Shown: in pieces, positions 8,284 to 17,436 of the stretch
Layout of the letters: every line of letters starts with the position of its first letter
Numbering within the stretch: position 1 is the first letter of the stretch
Assembly: GCA_046318155.1 (NCBI GenBank)
Contig: JBKCUU010000111.1
Location: forward strand, 1-28,852
Direction: 5' to 3'
DNA from: Bdellovibrio sp.
GTDB lineage: Bacteria > Bdellovibrionota > Bdellovibrionia > Bdellovibrionales > Bdellovibrionaceae
Length of the DNA stretch: 28,852 bases
Notes under the pieces: model-generated
Database searches by the model: none
The model's input: the letters and a program-made list of their open reading frames with translations, nothing else
Told to the model about the DNA's origin: nothing
Made by a program: the position numbers and the translations under genes

Positions 8284-9029
8284 GTTTGCAGTCAATCACT
8301 TTTTTGACCGGGCTCCTGCTGATTTGGTCCCTGCTGTTGCAGGCTCTTGAAGAGCGATGGTTCTTTAAAAAACTGAATCCGCTCTTGCAGCCTTGGTCCA
8401 GCTCATCGTTCTTGCAAATCGAGGGACTGATTTTGATGGCGGCGGGACTTTGTCTGATGGACCTGCATGAGTCCGCGCCCTATTTGCTTTTTTTTGGAGC
8501 ATTGAGTTTGCTACTGGACCGCCTCCGGCTTCGATGGAAGCTCAAAGGCCCGCTCTCGGGTGGAAGTGATCAGGTCACGCTTTTAACACTGACCTGCTTC
8601 ACCTTGGCCACAGGCGTGCTTGCTTTTGAGATTGATGAGCGCATCGCAAAAGTGGCGATGGCCTACCTGGGACTTCAAACTTTGCTCTCTTATGTCTTAG
8701 CTGGCTTTGCGAAACTCAAGTCGCAAGATTGGCGACAAGGCCGCGTACTTCAAGAAATTTTATTTCACAGCCAGTACCCTGTCCCTCGCAAATTGCGAAT
8801 GAAGACCCGTCCCAAAAATCTGGGCGCACTTCAGCTGCTGTCTTGGCTCGTTCTATTTTTTGAATTGAGTTTCGTGCTCGTGCTTTTCGACTTCAGGCTC
8901 CTGGCGATTTGGATGCCGTTGGCTTTCATTTTTCATTTGCTGAACACCTATCTTTTTGGCCTCCACCGATTTACCTGGTCTTGGCTTGCCGCTTACCCAG
9001 CTCTTTTCTATTTTGCGTCTCTTATTTGA
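8280..9029 (+). CDS. HTTM-domain membrane protein (SdpB / VKG-carboxylase-like)
   Basis: Multiple TM helices with GPLSGGSD, YVLAGFAKLKSQDWRQG, FFE and FHLLNTYLFGLHRF motifs. Confidence 0.82.
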   Translation: MSLQSITFLTGLLLIWSLLLQALEERWFFKKLNPLLQPWSSSSFLQIEGLILMAAGLCLMDLHESAPYLLFFGALSLLLDRLRLRWKLKGPLSGGSDQVTLLTLTCFTLATGVLAFEIDERIAKVAMAYLGLQTLLSYVLAGFAKLKSQDWRQGRVLQEILFHSQYPVPRKLRMKTRPKNLGALQLLSWLVLFFELSFVLVLFDFRLLAIWMPLAFIFHLLNTYLFGLHRFTWSWLAAYPALFYFASLI

Positions 9030-9195
9030 ACGCGAAACAGTCGAGTACTGACGATCTGATTTCGGGGAATTGGGAGCTCCTTCAACGGAACGACCCGAGC
9101 GCTCACAGCGCGAAACTGCTGACAAGTCTGCCAGTCAACGTCAACCCGGCTCTCGATGAGTCGCACGAGACGCTGACGACAAAAAGGCGCACAGA

Positions 9196-9242
9196 GAAAA
9201 AGCCCCGGAGGCGTGGCTAAAGCCACGTCGAGGAGCTTTTTC
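9196..9242. terminator. Imperfect palindrome between convergent genes (bidirectional terminator or REP-like)
   Basis: GAAAAAGC...CGTGGCT-AA-AGCCACG...GCTTTTTC. Confidence 0.55.
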
Positions 9243-9289
9243 GAGTACGTCATTTGTAGCCAGCAAGGACAAGACCAATGCGCGTTTAT

Positions 9290-10837
9290 TTATGCGTTAG
9301 TCAATAATACCTTTAAGAGCTCGGGACCAAAACGCTCGAGCTTGACCTCACCTAAGCCGTACACGCCGACGAGCTCGGTCATGCCTTGCGGATTTTTCTG
9401 CGCAATTTGACGGATTGTTTTATCCCCAAAGATCACAAAGGCAGGAACATCGAGTTCGAGCGCTTTGGCTTTACGCCAATCGCGCAAAAGCTCAAAGCGC
9501 ATCTGCGCTTCATCGCTCCATGGTTCATCAAAGACTTCAGGGGTCCGCTTCTTTTTGCGCAATCGGGCGGCATTGGCCGTGATCGAAACAGCCTTAGCTG
9601 GACGCTGCACCTTACGCGACGAGGTCGGTGCACAGTTGTCACAATGCCCACAGTGGCTGATCCGCTGAGAGTCTTGATAATAAGTTAGAATCTCGCCATG
9701 ACGGCACTCACCGCCGCCCTCGGCATAGGCCACCAAAGCGTTCAGCGTGTTCCAGCGCGATCGTTTTATCTCGGCCGGCGCTTCAGAGCTGGTGATAAAA
9801 AAAGACTGCAGACCTTTGTCCTTGGCCGAATACAACATCACGCACGTCGAAGGATCACCATCGCGCCCAGCGCGGCCCATCTCTTGATAAAGAGCATCGA
9901 TGTTGGCCGGCATGTTAAAATGCACAACCAAGCGCACGTTGGGATGATCAATCCCCATCCCAAACGCGTTCGTGGCGACCAAAATGCGATCGGTGCCGTT
10001 CTCGTAATCGCTCTGCACGCGGCTTCGCTCGGCGGAGGCCAGGCCCGCGTGGTAGCGATTCACACCTTCAAAACTTTTGCTGAGTTCTTCGGCGACAGCT
10101 TCGGTCACTTTGCGAGTTCCGCAATAAATGATGATGCGTCCCTCGGGCGTTTGCCTGATGGCCTGCTTTAGAACTTGAAATTTCAGGTCTTCGTCTTCAC
10201 AAGCTTCAACTTGAAAATACAAGTTGGGCCGGTAAAACCCGTGAACGTGCCGAGCAGGCTTTTGCAAAGCGAGGTTGCGAGAGATATCAGCCAGTACCAG
10301 CGGCGTTGCCGACGCGGTCAGCGCCAGCACTGGCACATCGGGCCGCAACGTCTTTAAAGATTTGAGCTGTGAGTACTCTTGGCGAAAATCATGTCCCCAC
10401 TGCGAAACGCAATGAGCCTCGTCGACGGCAAACAGAGCGATCTTGCGGCCCATGATCCAGCGGTGAAAGCCCTCTTTTTGTGTGCGCTCCGGCGACATGT
10501 ACAAAACAAAGGGACCGCCCGCTGACATTTGCGAAAAAATCTGACGTTTCTCATCTTCGGTTTGGCCCGAGTGCAGGCAGCCCGCGGGAATCCCGCGCCG
10601 CTTAAGACCCGCCACCTGATCTTTCATGAGCGAGATCAAGGGCGACACCACGATCACAAGCTCATTTTTCAACACAGCGGGCAGTTGATAACACAAAGAT
10701 TTGCCGCCGCCCGTGGGCAAAACGGCGAGCACGTCTTGATTTTTTAAAACCGACTGCAGAATCTCGAACTGACCTTTGCGAAAGGCCGAGAGCCCAAACT
10801 TGTCTTTTAAAATTTGTTCGACAGAGGGGCTGGTCAT
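9290..10837 (-). CDS. recQ: RecQ-family ATP-dependent DNA helicase with HRDC domain
   Basis: [54 protein letters not shown], Zn motif CRH...CGHCDNC, and HRDC (LRDWRK...[11 protein letters not shown]). Start at ATG 10837. Confidence 0.95.
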   Translation of the reverse strand: MTSPSVEQILKDKFGLSAFRKGQFEILQSVLKNQDVLAVLPTGGGKSLCYQLPAVLKNELVIVVSPLISLMKDQVAGLKRRGIPAGCLHSGQTEDEKRQIFSQMSAGGPFVLYMSPERTQKEGFHRWIMGRKIALFAVDEAHCVSQWGHDFRQEYSQLKSLKTLRPDVPVLALTASATPLVLADISRNLALQKPARHVHGFYRPNLYFQVEACEDEDLKFQVLKQAIRQTPEGRIIIYCGTRKVTEAVAEELSKSFEGVNRYHAGLASAERSRVQSDYENGTDRILVATNAFGMGIDHPNVRLVVHFNMPANIDALYQEMGRAGRDGDPSTCVMLYSAKDKGLQSFFITSSEAPAEIKRSRWNTLNALVAYAEGGGECRHGEILTYYQDSQRISHCGHCDNCAPTSSRKVQRPAKAVSITANAARLRKKKRTPEVFDEPWSDEAQMRFELLRDWRKAKALELDVPAFVIFGDKTIRQIAQKNPQGMTELVGVYGLGEVKLERFGPELLKVLLTNA

Positions 10838-10978
10838 CGATTCTACTCTTGTTGGTAAAAGCCTGAGGATCCTTTGGCGGACCTGCAAATGAGGAGTCTG
10901 CCAAAAAAAGCCCCAAACTGGAAATAGAGAACTCAATATGACGATGCGCGGACCCACTCTTTCGCATGGGCTAACGTA

Positions 10979-11467
10979 TCATTTGAGATTTTTTAAAAAC
11001 GCAAAGTCCCGATCCATCACGGTTTTGCGACCATCACTGCGGGCGTTGTCGATCGCGCGGTCACAGACCGTTCGCAGATGCTCGGACAAAGCCTCCATGA
11101 CCGACGCGGAGGTGTTCATATCACCGAGGGCTTGAATAAAATCTTTGACTCGAGACGCGATCACCAGCACCTCTTGCGTTGGGGCCGGCCCACGGCTGCT
11201 CTTGACCGGCGAAGCTAAACTCGCCGGCACATCGGATCGAACAACAAGGCGATTTTTTTGAGGTGCGGTCATTTCGACAGCGCCAGCGTCGCGGTGACGA
11301 GCACCCGGCAAATGCGTTTCAAAACATTGCATATTGCAAAACACGTATCCGGTTCTTTGACCATTGCAGGTCGAAACGCTGCAGATGAAATATTTCTGAC
11401 TAAAGTTGATTGTCTTTTTACAAGTGCTGCACTTTTTCCAGCCGTCTGCGTTCGGTGTTTGCTCCAT
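10979..11467 (-). CDS. Bacterial histone-fold protein with an N-terminal ZZ-type zinc finger (Bd3044-like)
   Basis: C-x2-C-x12-C-x4-C-x9-C-x3-C-x3-H-x5-H, a Pro/Ser linker, then EVLVIASRVKDFI...MNTSASVMEALS...AIDNARSDGRKTVMDRDF, closely resembling Bdellovibrio histone Bd0055 as recalled. Confidence 0.88.
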   Translation of the reverse strand: MEQTPNADGWKKCSTCKKTINFSQKYFICSVSTCNGQRTGYVFCNMQCFETHLPGARHRDAGAVEMTAPQKNRLVVRSDVPASLASPVKSSRGPAPTQEVLVIASRVKDFIQALGDMNTSASVMEALSEHLRTVCDRAIDNARSDGRKTVMDRDFAFLKNLK

Positions 11468-11500
11468 TGATCCCTCAATTTAAAAAATTGCCTTTGGCAA

Positions 11501-11980
11501 TCATGTCACTGATAAAATTCGGTACTCGCGCATTTGTTCATTGATTTCAAGCTCGGCCGTCTCGCCCGCTTTAAGCCCCAAGAGAGCCTCTCCCAGCGTA
11601 GAATGTGGGGTGATGACCTTTACATTTTTTCCAGCAAAATTCAAGTTCACGCCGCCTCCTTTAGGCATCACAAAAACCAAGCTGTGCTTGCCTTTCGACT
11701 CCACTTCAACCAAGGCCGTTGAAGAGATCCGATCTGTTTTAGAAAAGTTTTTAAACTCCGTGGTTTTGAACATTGAGATAACTTCATCGATCTCACCCGC
11801 ACGTTTGGCTTGAGCGCCGGCAAGGTAAGAGGCCTCGAGACCAAAAGTATCGTATTCGTTTTCTGGCTTACTTTCTTCGTGCGTGGCCGCTTCGTGCGTC
11901 GCTCGGGCCGCGTTGATCAGAAGAACCAACTCTTCTTCAAGACTTGAAATGATCGCGGCGACCAGTGCTCTTTTGTCCAA
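11501..11980 (-). CDS. GreA/GreB-family elongation factor-like protein (non-canonical)
   Basis: Coiled-coil N-terminus with ENEYDTFGLEASYLA and C-terminal ITPHSTLGEALLGLKAGE. Probable TTG start at 11980. Confidence 0.85.
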   Translation of the reverse strand: MDKRALVAAIISSLEEELVLLINAARATHEAATHEESKPENEYDTFGLEASYLAGAQAKRAGEIDEVISMFKTTEFKNFSKTDRISSTALVEVESKGKHSLVFVMPKGGGVNLNFAGKNVKVITPHSTLGEALLGLKAGETAELEINEQMREYRILSVT

Positions 11981-12153
11981 AACGAACCTCTTTGATTTCC
12001 TAACTTTGATATCCAAGCCTAACTGGCATTTGAAAGAAAAACAAAGGCCTGCCTTCAAACTCCGACAGGGAACCGTCAGGAGATCAAAAAGGGCTCGCCT
12101 TTTAGGAATGTTAAAGCTATGTAAAGCCCGAAATCCAGCGAAAGGATTCTCCC

Positions 12154-13065
12154 GTGCCGACGAACGCTCTTTTTATGACCTTGGTTTTGGCTTTCTCAGG
12201 TGCCGCGAGCGCCCAAACAGCTCCCGACTCTGGCGAATCCAAGCTTAAAATCTCGAACGTCATGTCCAATAAAAAGTTTCAAGCGGACGACACGCTGACA
12301 GATGCCAAAATGAAAGCGGATGATGGTTCACTCTCTCGCTATAGCCTACGCACCAATTTGTCCTACTACGGTCCCACGCTGACGGATTTGGAGGCTAAAG
12401 ATCAACCCAATCCTGATGGGTCCGTTGGATCTTACGCCACAGCCCTAGGCGGCTCGTTAGGTTTTCGTATTCGCTTGAGTCCCACGCGTACAATCAGCAT
12501 GGGGACAGGCTTGAAAGCGCTGTACCCCATGCACGGTATAGAGCGTTTTGACATGAATGATCCGTACGTTTCTTACGATATGGCCTCGCGCTTCTGGGGT
12601 ATCCAAATGCGCAACTCACCCGGATTTAGCATTGTGACAATCCCCAACTACACAAAAATAGGTGAGTACGCGACTTTGGATTTTAAGAACTCACTGATCT
12701 ATGATCTTGGTCGATCTGGTTTTGCTGTCGGCTTTGATACGTCCTTCGGCTACTTCTTGTACAACCGAGGTTATGAGCGGCGAGATGGCAAAGCCGCGCG
12801 CAATAATTTGTCGCTCTCGCCCAACATCAAGTACAACTTCACCGATAAGTTTAACATGAACACGTCCGTGAACATGAGCTTCTGGAATCCTCGCACGGCC
12901 CAAAGCCCTTGGATCATGTGGAATCGCACGGTGACTCAAAGCGTGGGCTTTGGTTACGCGATCAAACGCGATATTTACGTGAGCCCCTACTTTCGCATGT
13001 TTCCGAGCCGATTGGCCGCGGACACAACAACATTTAACTTATCTGCGATCTTGTCGATTCTGTAA
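12154..13065 (+). CDS. Putative outer-membrane beta-barrel protein
   Basis: AAGGA RBS before GTG, signal peptide (..AASA|Q), aromatic-rich alternating beta-strand patterns (LSLSPNIKYNF, SVGFGYAI, IYVSPYF). Confidence 0.65.
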   Translation: MPTNALFMTLVLAFSGAASAQTAPDSGESKLKISNVMSNKKFQADDTLTDAKMKADDGSLSRYSLRTNLSYYGPTLTDLEAKDQPNPDGSVGSYATALGGSLGFRIRLSPTRTISMGTGLKALYPMHGIERFDMNDPYVSYDMASRFWGIQMRNSPGFSIVTIPNYTKIGEYATLDFKNSLIYDLGRSGFAVGFDTSFGYFLYNRGYERRDGKAARNNLSLSPNIKYNFTDKFNMNTSVNMSFWNPRTAQSPWIMWNRTVTQSVGFGYAIKRDIYVSPYFRMFPSRLAADTTTFNLSAILSIL

Positions 13066-13118
13066 TTTTCTCGGCTCATTCCACCACCGCCACCATCGTT
13101 AACCACAAAGAATTGAAT

Positions 13119-13147
13119 GAAAAGTGTCTCGTCCTGAGGCACTTTTC
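13119..13147 (+). terminator. Hairpin after the beta-barrel gene
   Basis: GAAAAGTGTCTC-GTCCT-GAGGCACTTTTC, 12-bp stem with one G-U pair. Confidence 0.5.
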
Positions 13148-13181
13148 TTAACATGGTCCCGGCTATTGCTGTCTCAATACT

Positions 13182-13208
13182 TAAGTCTAGTCTCATTTAT
13201 GTCGAAGA
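13182..13208 (+). promoter_or_regulatory. Possible sigma-28 (FliA) promoter for the pilin cluster
   Basis: TAAG-N15-GTCGAAGA versus consensus TAAA-N15-GCCGATAA. Confidence 0.35.
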
Positions 13209-13214
13209 AGAGAC

Positions 13215-15986
13215 ATGGACTCTTTGGGGAATCACCACGTCTCACGGCTGAATCAGCGTGGGAACACTCTCTTGACGGTTCTTATGCTGACGGCCGCCGT
13301 CTCGATCGGCTTTTACTTCTTGTCTGATCAAGTCATCATGCAAAAACAGCAGATCGAAAAGAACGCCTCGACCCTACAGCTGCGTTTAGGACTCCACTCG
13401 GTTGTCGATTACGTGTTGTTTGGTATCAAGCAGCGCTGGTGCTTTGGTGATACGCTGATGCCCGATGCCACCTGTGATTTGTCTCACTCCGCAAGCGTCG
13501 AGCGCTTGTTGATGAGCGAAGCTCAAGAGAACTTCATTCGCGCCACTGCGACCTCAGGAGTTTCTGTCGGACCTTTGCCAAGTGGAGCCATTTCTCTGCA
13601 GGGCTTTCGAAAAGTGATCTCGATGAGCGACCTGACGGTCCGCCACCCCCTGTCGACGATCTTGTCTCGAATTAAGAGTGACGATCTTCGCTATATCATT
13701 GTCTCGGTCGACCGGGATAACAGCTCGGCCCTGCCGACATCGGGCCGCGAAGTTTACTTGCACATCAAAGTCACACTCTCGAAAAATACGACCGGCGATC
13801 CGCTGATGTATGGAACGTATCCGCTGACAGCGGCTTCATTTACAAGTGTGCACCCTCGCGAACTGGGCTCCTTTGCATTGATTGTTGCTGGAAACATGCG
13901 CCTTGATAAAGCCTTCAACGAGTCCCTCCCGCGCGGTGACGTGGCTTTTCATAAATTTGCCAACAAAAGTGCACTCGGAACTTCGCCCGGACTTCTCTTT
14001 GAGAGTCCGGTGTTTGTCAACCGCGATGTCCATATGCCTTTTGTATCGACCAACGACCGCAAAGCTTCTGACCTTGCGTATAGCCCTGTTACTTTTGCTG
14101 AACGCATCTACATGGGGGATGGACGTGTTTACGAAGGTGGAGCTCCTTACTTACCCGCCACATCGGGAGCGCCCGGCGACCAGTACTGGACCGACAACAA
14201 ACTCTTTGGTGGATTCTTACGCGGCCTAGAAAATGATGGCGCAAGGGATGCGGGCTTAGACTTTGTCGGACGGCTCGATAGTGGGACCGTCGTGGATACG
14301 ACCCTCGCCCATAAATGCACGATGTACAATCTTTCCATGAATGATCTCAATTTTATTGCTCAGGCAGAATTGCAAGTCGAGCGCCTGAGTGCTTCGACGA
14401 CAAAATCAACTTTTCGCATGGGCCTCAAACACGACATTGAGTTTGTTCCGCAATCAAACACCGCTCGCGGCCCTTCGACCAACAACTGGGAAGGCACGCA
14501 GACCCACACGATTGAGTCGGCTCCCCAGCGCCAGCCGATCATGGAAGTGGACGTCTACTTTGAGAACCAGCGCCTGACGGCACAGATGACCCGCAACTCG
14601 AAACTGACGATCCGTCCTGAGTTTTTCTCGAACATCAATGATGAAATTTCGAGCCGCGAGCGGGAGCTTGAACAGATCAATGATACCATTTCTGACTTGC
14701 AAACAGAGGCCAGCCGCGACCGAGTCATTTTGGCGGACAAGCAACGTGATCTAAATAATGTGCAAGACGACCTGATCGAAGAACTCGCAAAAAATCCGCG
14801 CAACAACTCAAAAATCAATAGACTACGAGACCAAGAAACTGATCTCAAAAAGGACGTCGCCAAGTACACACGCGAGATCGCCGATGGCGAGGCCGCGGTT
14901 GATGTCGCCAATAACAAAAAAGTAGCTTTAGCTCCCGCGATCGAGAGCCTCAACGAGCAAAAGATCAACCCTCCAGAAATGATTATTGACGTCGACACCG
15001 TGACCCTTGGTGGGAATTCGCAACCTCATCTCTCGGAAATCAAGTTTGAGTTTCGCAATTCGCAAAACATGAGAAACTCGGCTCGCAACATCGTGGCGCC
15101 TCAGGTTTATGTCAAAACTTACGATGGTTCCTTTAGCAAGAGCAGACCCGTTGTCTCTGGCCGCGACAATGCAAATTTAAAAGGATACTTTAACTTTCAA
15201 GTCAGTGGCACGGATATCGTGCCTCCAACCGGCATTTCAAAAACCTTGGGCACAGGTCCCGAAGTCGCGGTGCCGACGAGCACGACTGATTTGTTTGCTT
15301 TAGCCGAGAAGTGCAACACAATGACCTACACAACAAGCGGCAATGCCTTTGGTGCCGCCGCCTGGGACTTTTCATTTGCAACGCGCTCACGCCACTCGTG
15401 GAACTTTACTCAAGATCCGAATCATCCCGACCAGGGGTTTCGCGATCCCTTGCTCGACACCTTGGTTTTTGACGGCAACAACTCGGCGCCTGGAGTTACG
15501 ACCTTTCAGGTCCGCTCGATTGTTGGCGAATGCATCATCAAATCAACAGCAACTTTTATCACTGGTTTTCTGACCTGCGATCACTTAATCATCGAACCAC
15601 GTAATCGACCCTTGCGAATTATTGCGACTATTATTGCTTCAAAAGCCACGATCGACCCGACGGCATTTCAATCCGGAATCCGCTGGAGCAGTATCTACTC
15701 ACCTCAAGCGACACCTGAGCTCAGAGCAGCTGGAGTTCTCAAGTCTGTTTCGGGTGCTGCGTGCAACTCGGGCAACTCCCCCATTTGGCATCCGGTGCCT
15801 TCCATTATCGAAACCGCGGATCGCTATGCCTGCTACCCAGTGTCTCTTCGCTTAAAAGCGGATCCTTTTACATGGACAACGGTCGATCCCGATTGCGGTC
15901 TACTTCCAGGCGCGCCTTCAACCAAATGCAAGAAGCGTCTTGTTCGTTATTTTGTTGTCGAGCAAAGCCGGGAGTCTGGCCTATGA
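13215..15986 (+). CDS. Very large PilX/GspK-like minor pilin with an internal coiled coil
   Basis: Class III signal NQRG|NTLLTVLMLTAAVSIGFYFL without Glu5; 923 aa; coiled coil at about residues 473-583; Cys-rich C-terminus; first gene of a coupled prepilin cluster. Confidence 0.7.
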   Translation: MDSLGNHHVSRLNQRGNTLLTVLMLTAAVSIGFYFLSDQVIMQKQQIEKNASTLQLRLGLHSVVDYVLFGIKQRWCFGDTLMPDATCDLSHSASVERLLMSEAQENFIRATATSGVSVGPLPSGAISLQGFRKVISMSDLTVRHPLSTILSRIKSDDLRYIIVSVDRDNSSALPTSGREVYLHIKVTLSKNTTGDPLMYGTYPLTAASFTSVHPRELGSFALIVAGNMRLDKAFNESLPRGDVAFHKFANKSALGTSPGLLFESPVFVNRDVHMPFVSTNDRKASDLAYSPVTFAERIYMGDGRVYEGGAPYLPATSGAPGDQYWTDNKLFGGFLRGLENDGARDAGLDFVGRLDSGTVVDTTLAHKCTMYNLSMNDLNFIAQAELQVERLSASTTKSTFRMGLKHDIEFVPQSNTARGPSTNNWEGTQTHTIESAPQRQPIMEVDVYFENQRLTAQMTRNSKLTIRPEFFSNINDEISSRERELEQINDTISDLQTEASRDRVILADKQRDLNNVQDDLIEELAKNPRNNSKINRLRDQETDLKKDVAKYTREIADGEAAVDVANNKKVALAPAIESLNEQKINPPEMIIDVDTVTLGGNSQPHLSEIKFEFRNSQNMRNSARNIVAPQVYVKTYDGSFSKSRPVVSGRDNANLKGYFNFQVSGTDIVPPTGISKTLGTGPEVAVPTSTTDLFALAEKCNTMTYTTSGNAFGAAAWDFSFATRSRHSWNFTQDPNHPDQGFRDPLLDTLVFDGNNSAPGVTTFQVRSIVGECIIKSTATFITGFLTCDHLIIEPRNRPLRIIATIIASKATIDPTAFQSGIRWSSIYSPQATPELRAAGVLKSVSGAACNSGNSPIWHPVPSIIETADRYACYPVSLRLKADPFTWTTVDPDCGLLPGAPSTKCKKRLVRYFVVEQSRESGL

Positions 15987-16453
15987 CAAGGCAGCAACTC
16001 ACGGCCAAAAAATTACTGTCTTCTCAAGCCGGCTTTTCGTTTGTCGAAACTCTGATTGCTTTGGGCGTATCGCTCATCGTGATGTCCGGCCTTGTTATCG
16101 GAACTTATTTTATTCGTAAAATGTCAAATACAGTTCAAATTCGCTCAACTGAAGAAAAGCAGATCACGCAAATTATCGAAAATATCCGATCGTCTGTCGA
16201 AAAATATCAAATCACCTACGACGATACCGAAGACGCACGAAACAAACTTCTTGATATCGCCGTCTTGCCCATGGCTTGGAACGCAACAACTGTCACCAGT
16301 AAGGATTTGTGCAAAGATTGTCCTGGTCGATTTGGTTTTGTCATTCAGCCCTTTCAGGGGATGCGTGGACTCTATGTCGTGACCGTCAGACTTACCCACA
16401 CAGACTGGGCTGAAGTTTCTAAAGACTTTCAATTCGTCGTGAGCGTCCGATGA
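15983..16453 (+). CDS. Type IV prepilin-like protein (PilV-like minor pilin)
   Basis: SQAG|FSFVETLIALGVSLIV N-methylation motif with Glu5; ATGA overlaps at both ends. Confidence 0.88.
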   Translation: MTRQQLTAKKLLSSQAGFSFVETLIALGVSLIVMSGLVIGTYFIRKMSNTVQIRSTEEKQITQIIENIRSSVEKYQITYDDTEDARNKLLDIAVLPMAWNATTVTSKDLCKDCPGRFGFVIQPFQGMRGLYVVTVRLTHTDWAEVSKDFQFVVSVR

Positions 16454-17415
16454 TGAAACAGAATCAAAAAGGGTTTTCACTGGTAGAAGTTCTGATTGCG
16501 ATGGGAATATCGGCCATTATCATATCCGTCGTCGTCACGATGATTTTTGACCTGACAAAAAAACAAAAGGAGCTGAGTAGCAACCTTGCAGCCACCGTTG
16601 ATGCGTTGCTCGGTGAAAACTCGATTTTTGTTGATTTACGCAACATCGAGCCCTCGTTTAACAACATCAATGTTCCTGATGATAGCAGTGCTTCCTTCTT
16701 TGAATACTATCCTGACCTTCCAGAAGGTCTTATCTCCCGCAAGCTCTCGCGGACGATCACGCTGGAGTTAAGCGGCAAGACGGAATTCTTCTTTTTGCAG
16801 TCGGATCCAATTGCGGGCCCTCTGCTCGTGTACAATCCTTCCATGGCTTACGATATTGGTCCGGCTCCCGCGAACATCGCAACTTCGGCAACTTTGGATT
16901 TTGTCTCTTTAAACCGGAACGACTTGGTTTTGAACCAGCGACCACAATTCTGGGTCAACGGAAAAACTTTAATGATCGATACGCCCGTTCGGGTCCGCCC
17001 AGTGAACAATAATGTCGTTGACTTGATGGTTCCGCCTCGCTCTCCCGCTTTTATTGGCCAGGTCCAGGGGCAGGCGCTCAATCTCGATAGCCGCTTTGCC
17101 AGAATGTTCAACTACTCGCACCCCCTAACGGGAGTCTTGATTCAGAATGCGGATCAGTTTTTGCGAACGATGCCATCGATGGGCGGCGCAAGCTCCTATG
17201 CCCGGATTCGCCCCGTGCGCTTAGTGAGGTATTACCTCGAAAAACAAAAGGATTCGAATTACGCCGATGCAGCCGTTTTGTATAAATCGGTTTACGCGGA
17301 CGGCGCTTTCTCGGCTCCGTTTCTCATTATGGACCAAATCAAATCCATTCAGTTTCAACGTGATACGGTTAATCAAAAAGTGATGACGTTTTCGTTGCAA
17401 AAGGCGGGACAATAA
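16450..17415 (+). CDS. Type IV prepilin-like protein (PilW/GspJ-like minor pilin)
   Basis: NQKG|FSLVEVLIAMGISAII motif, DLRN helix, C-terminal 'VRYYL...FLIMDQIKSIQF' pattern typical of PilW/GspJ. Confidence 0.88.
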   Translation: MMKQNQKGFSLVEVLIAMGISAIIISVVVTMIFDLTKKQKELSSNLAATVDALLGENSIFVDLRNIEPSFNNINVPDDSSASFFEYYPDLPEGLISRKLSRTITLELSGKTEFFFLQSDPIAGPLLVYNPSMAYDIGPAPANIATSATLDFVSLNRNDLVLNQRPQFWVNGKTLMIDTPVRVRPVNNNVVDLMVPPRSPAFIGQVQGQALNLDSRFARMFNYSHPLTGVLIQNADQFLRTMPSMGGASSYARIRPVRLVRYYLEKQKDSNYADAAVLYKSVYADGAFSAPFLIMDQIKSIQFQRDTVNQKVMTFSLQKAGQ

Positions 17416-17436
17416 GAACTGGCAAGGGGGACCAGC

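Noticed and set aside
5000..9029. Possible tRNA-anchored genomic island
   Set aside because: No integrase and no duplicated tRNA 3' end seen in the window; composition looks similar to the flanks.
13154..13170. Sigma-54-like TGGTCC...TTGCT upstream of the pilin cluster
   Set aside because: GG-to-GC spacing is 11 nt, not the required 10.
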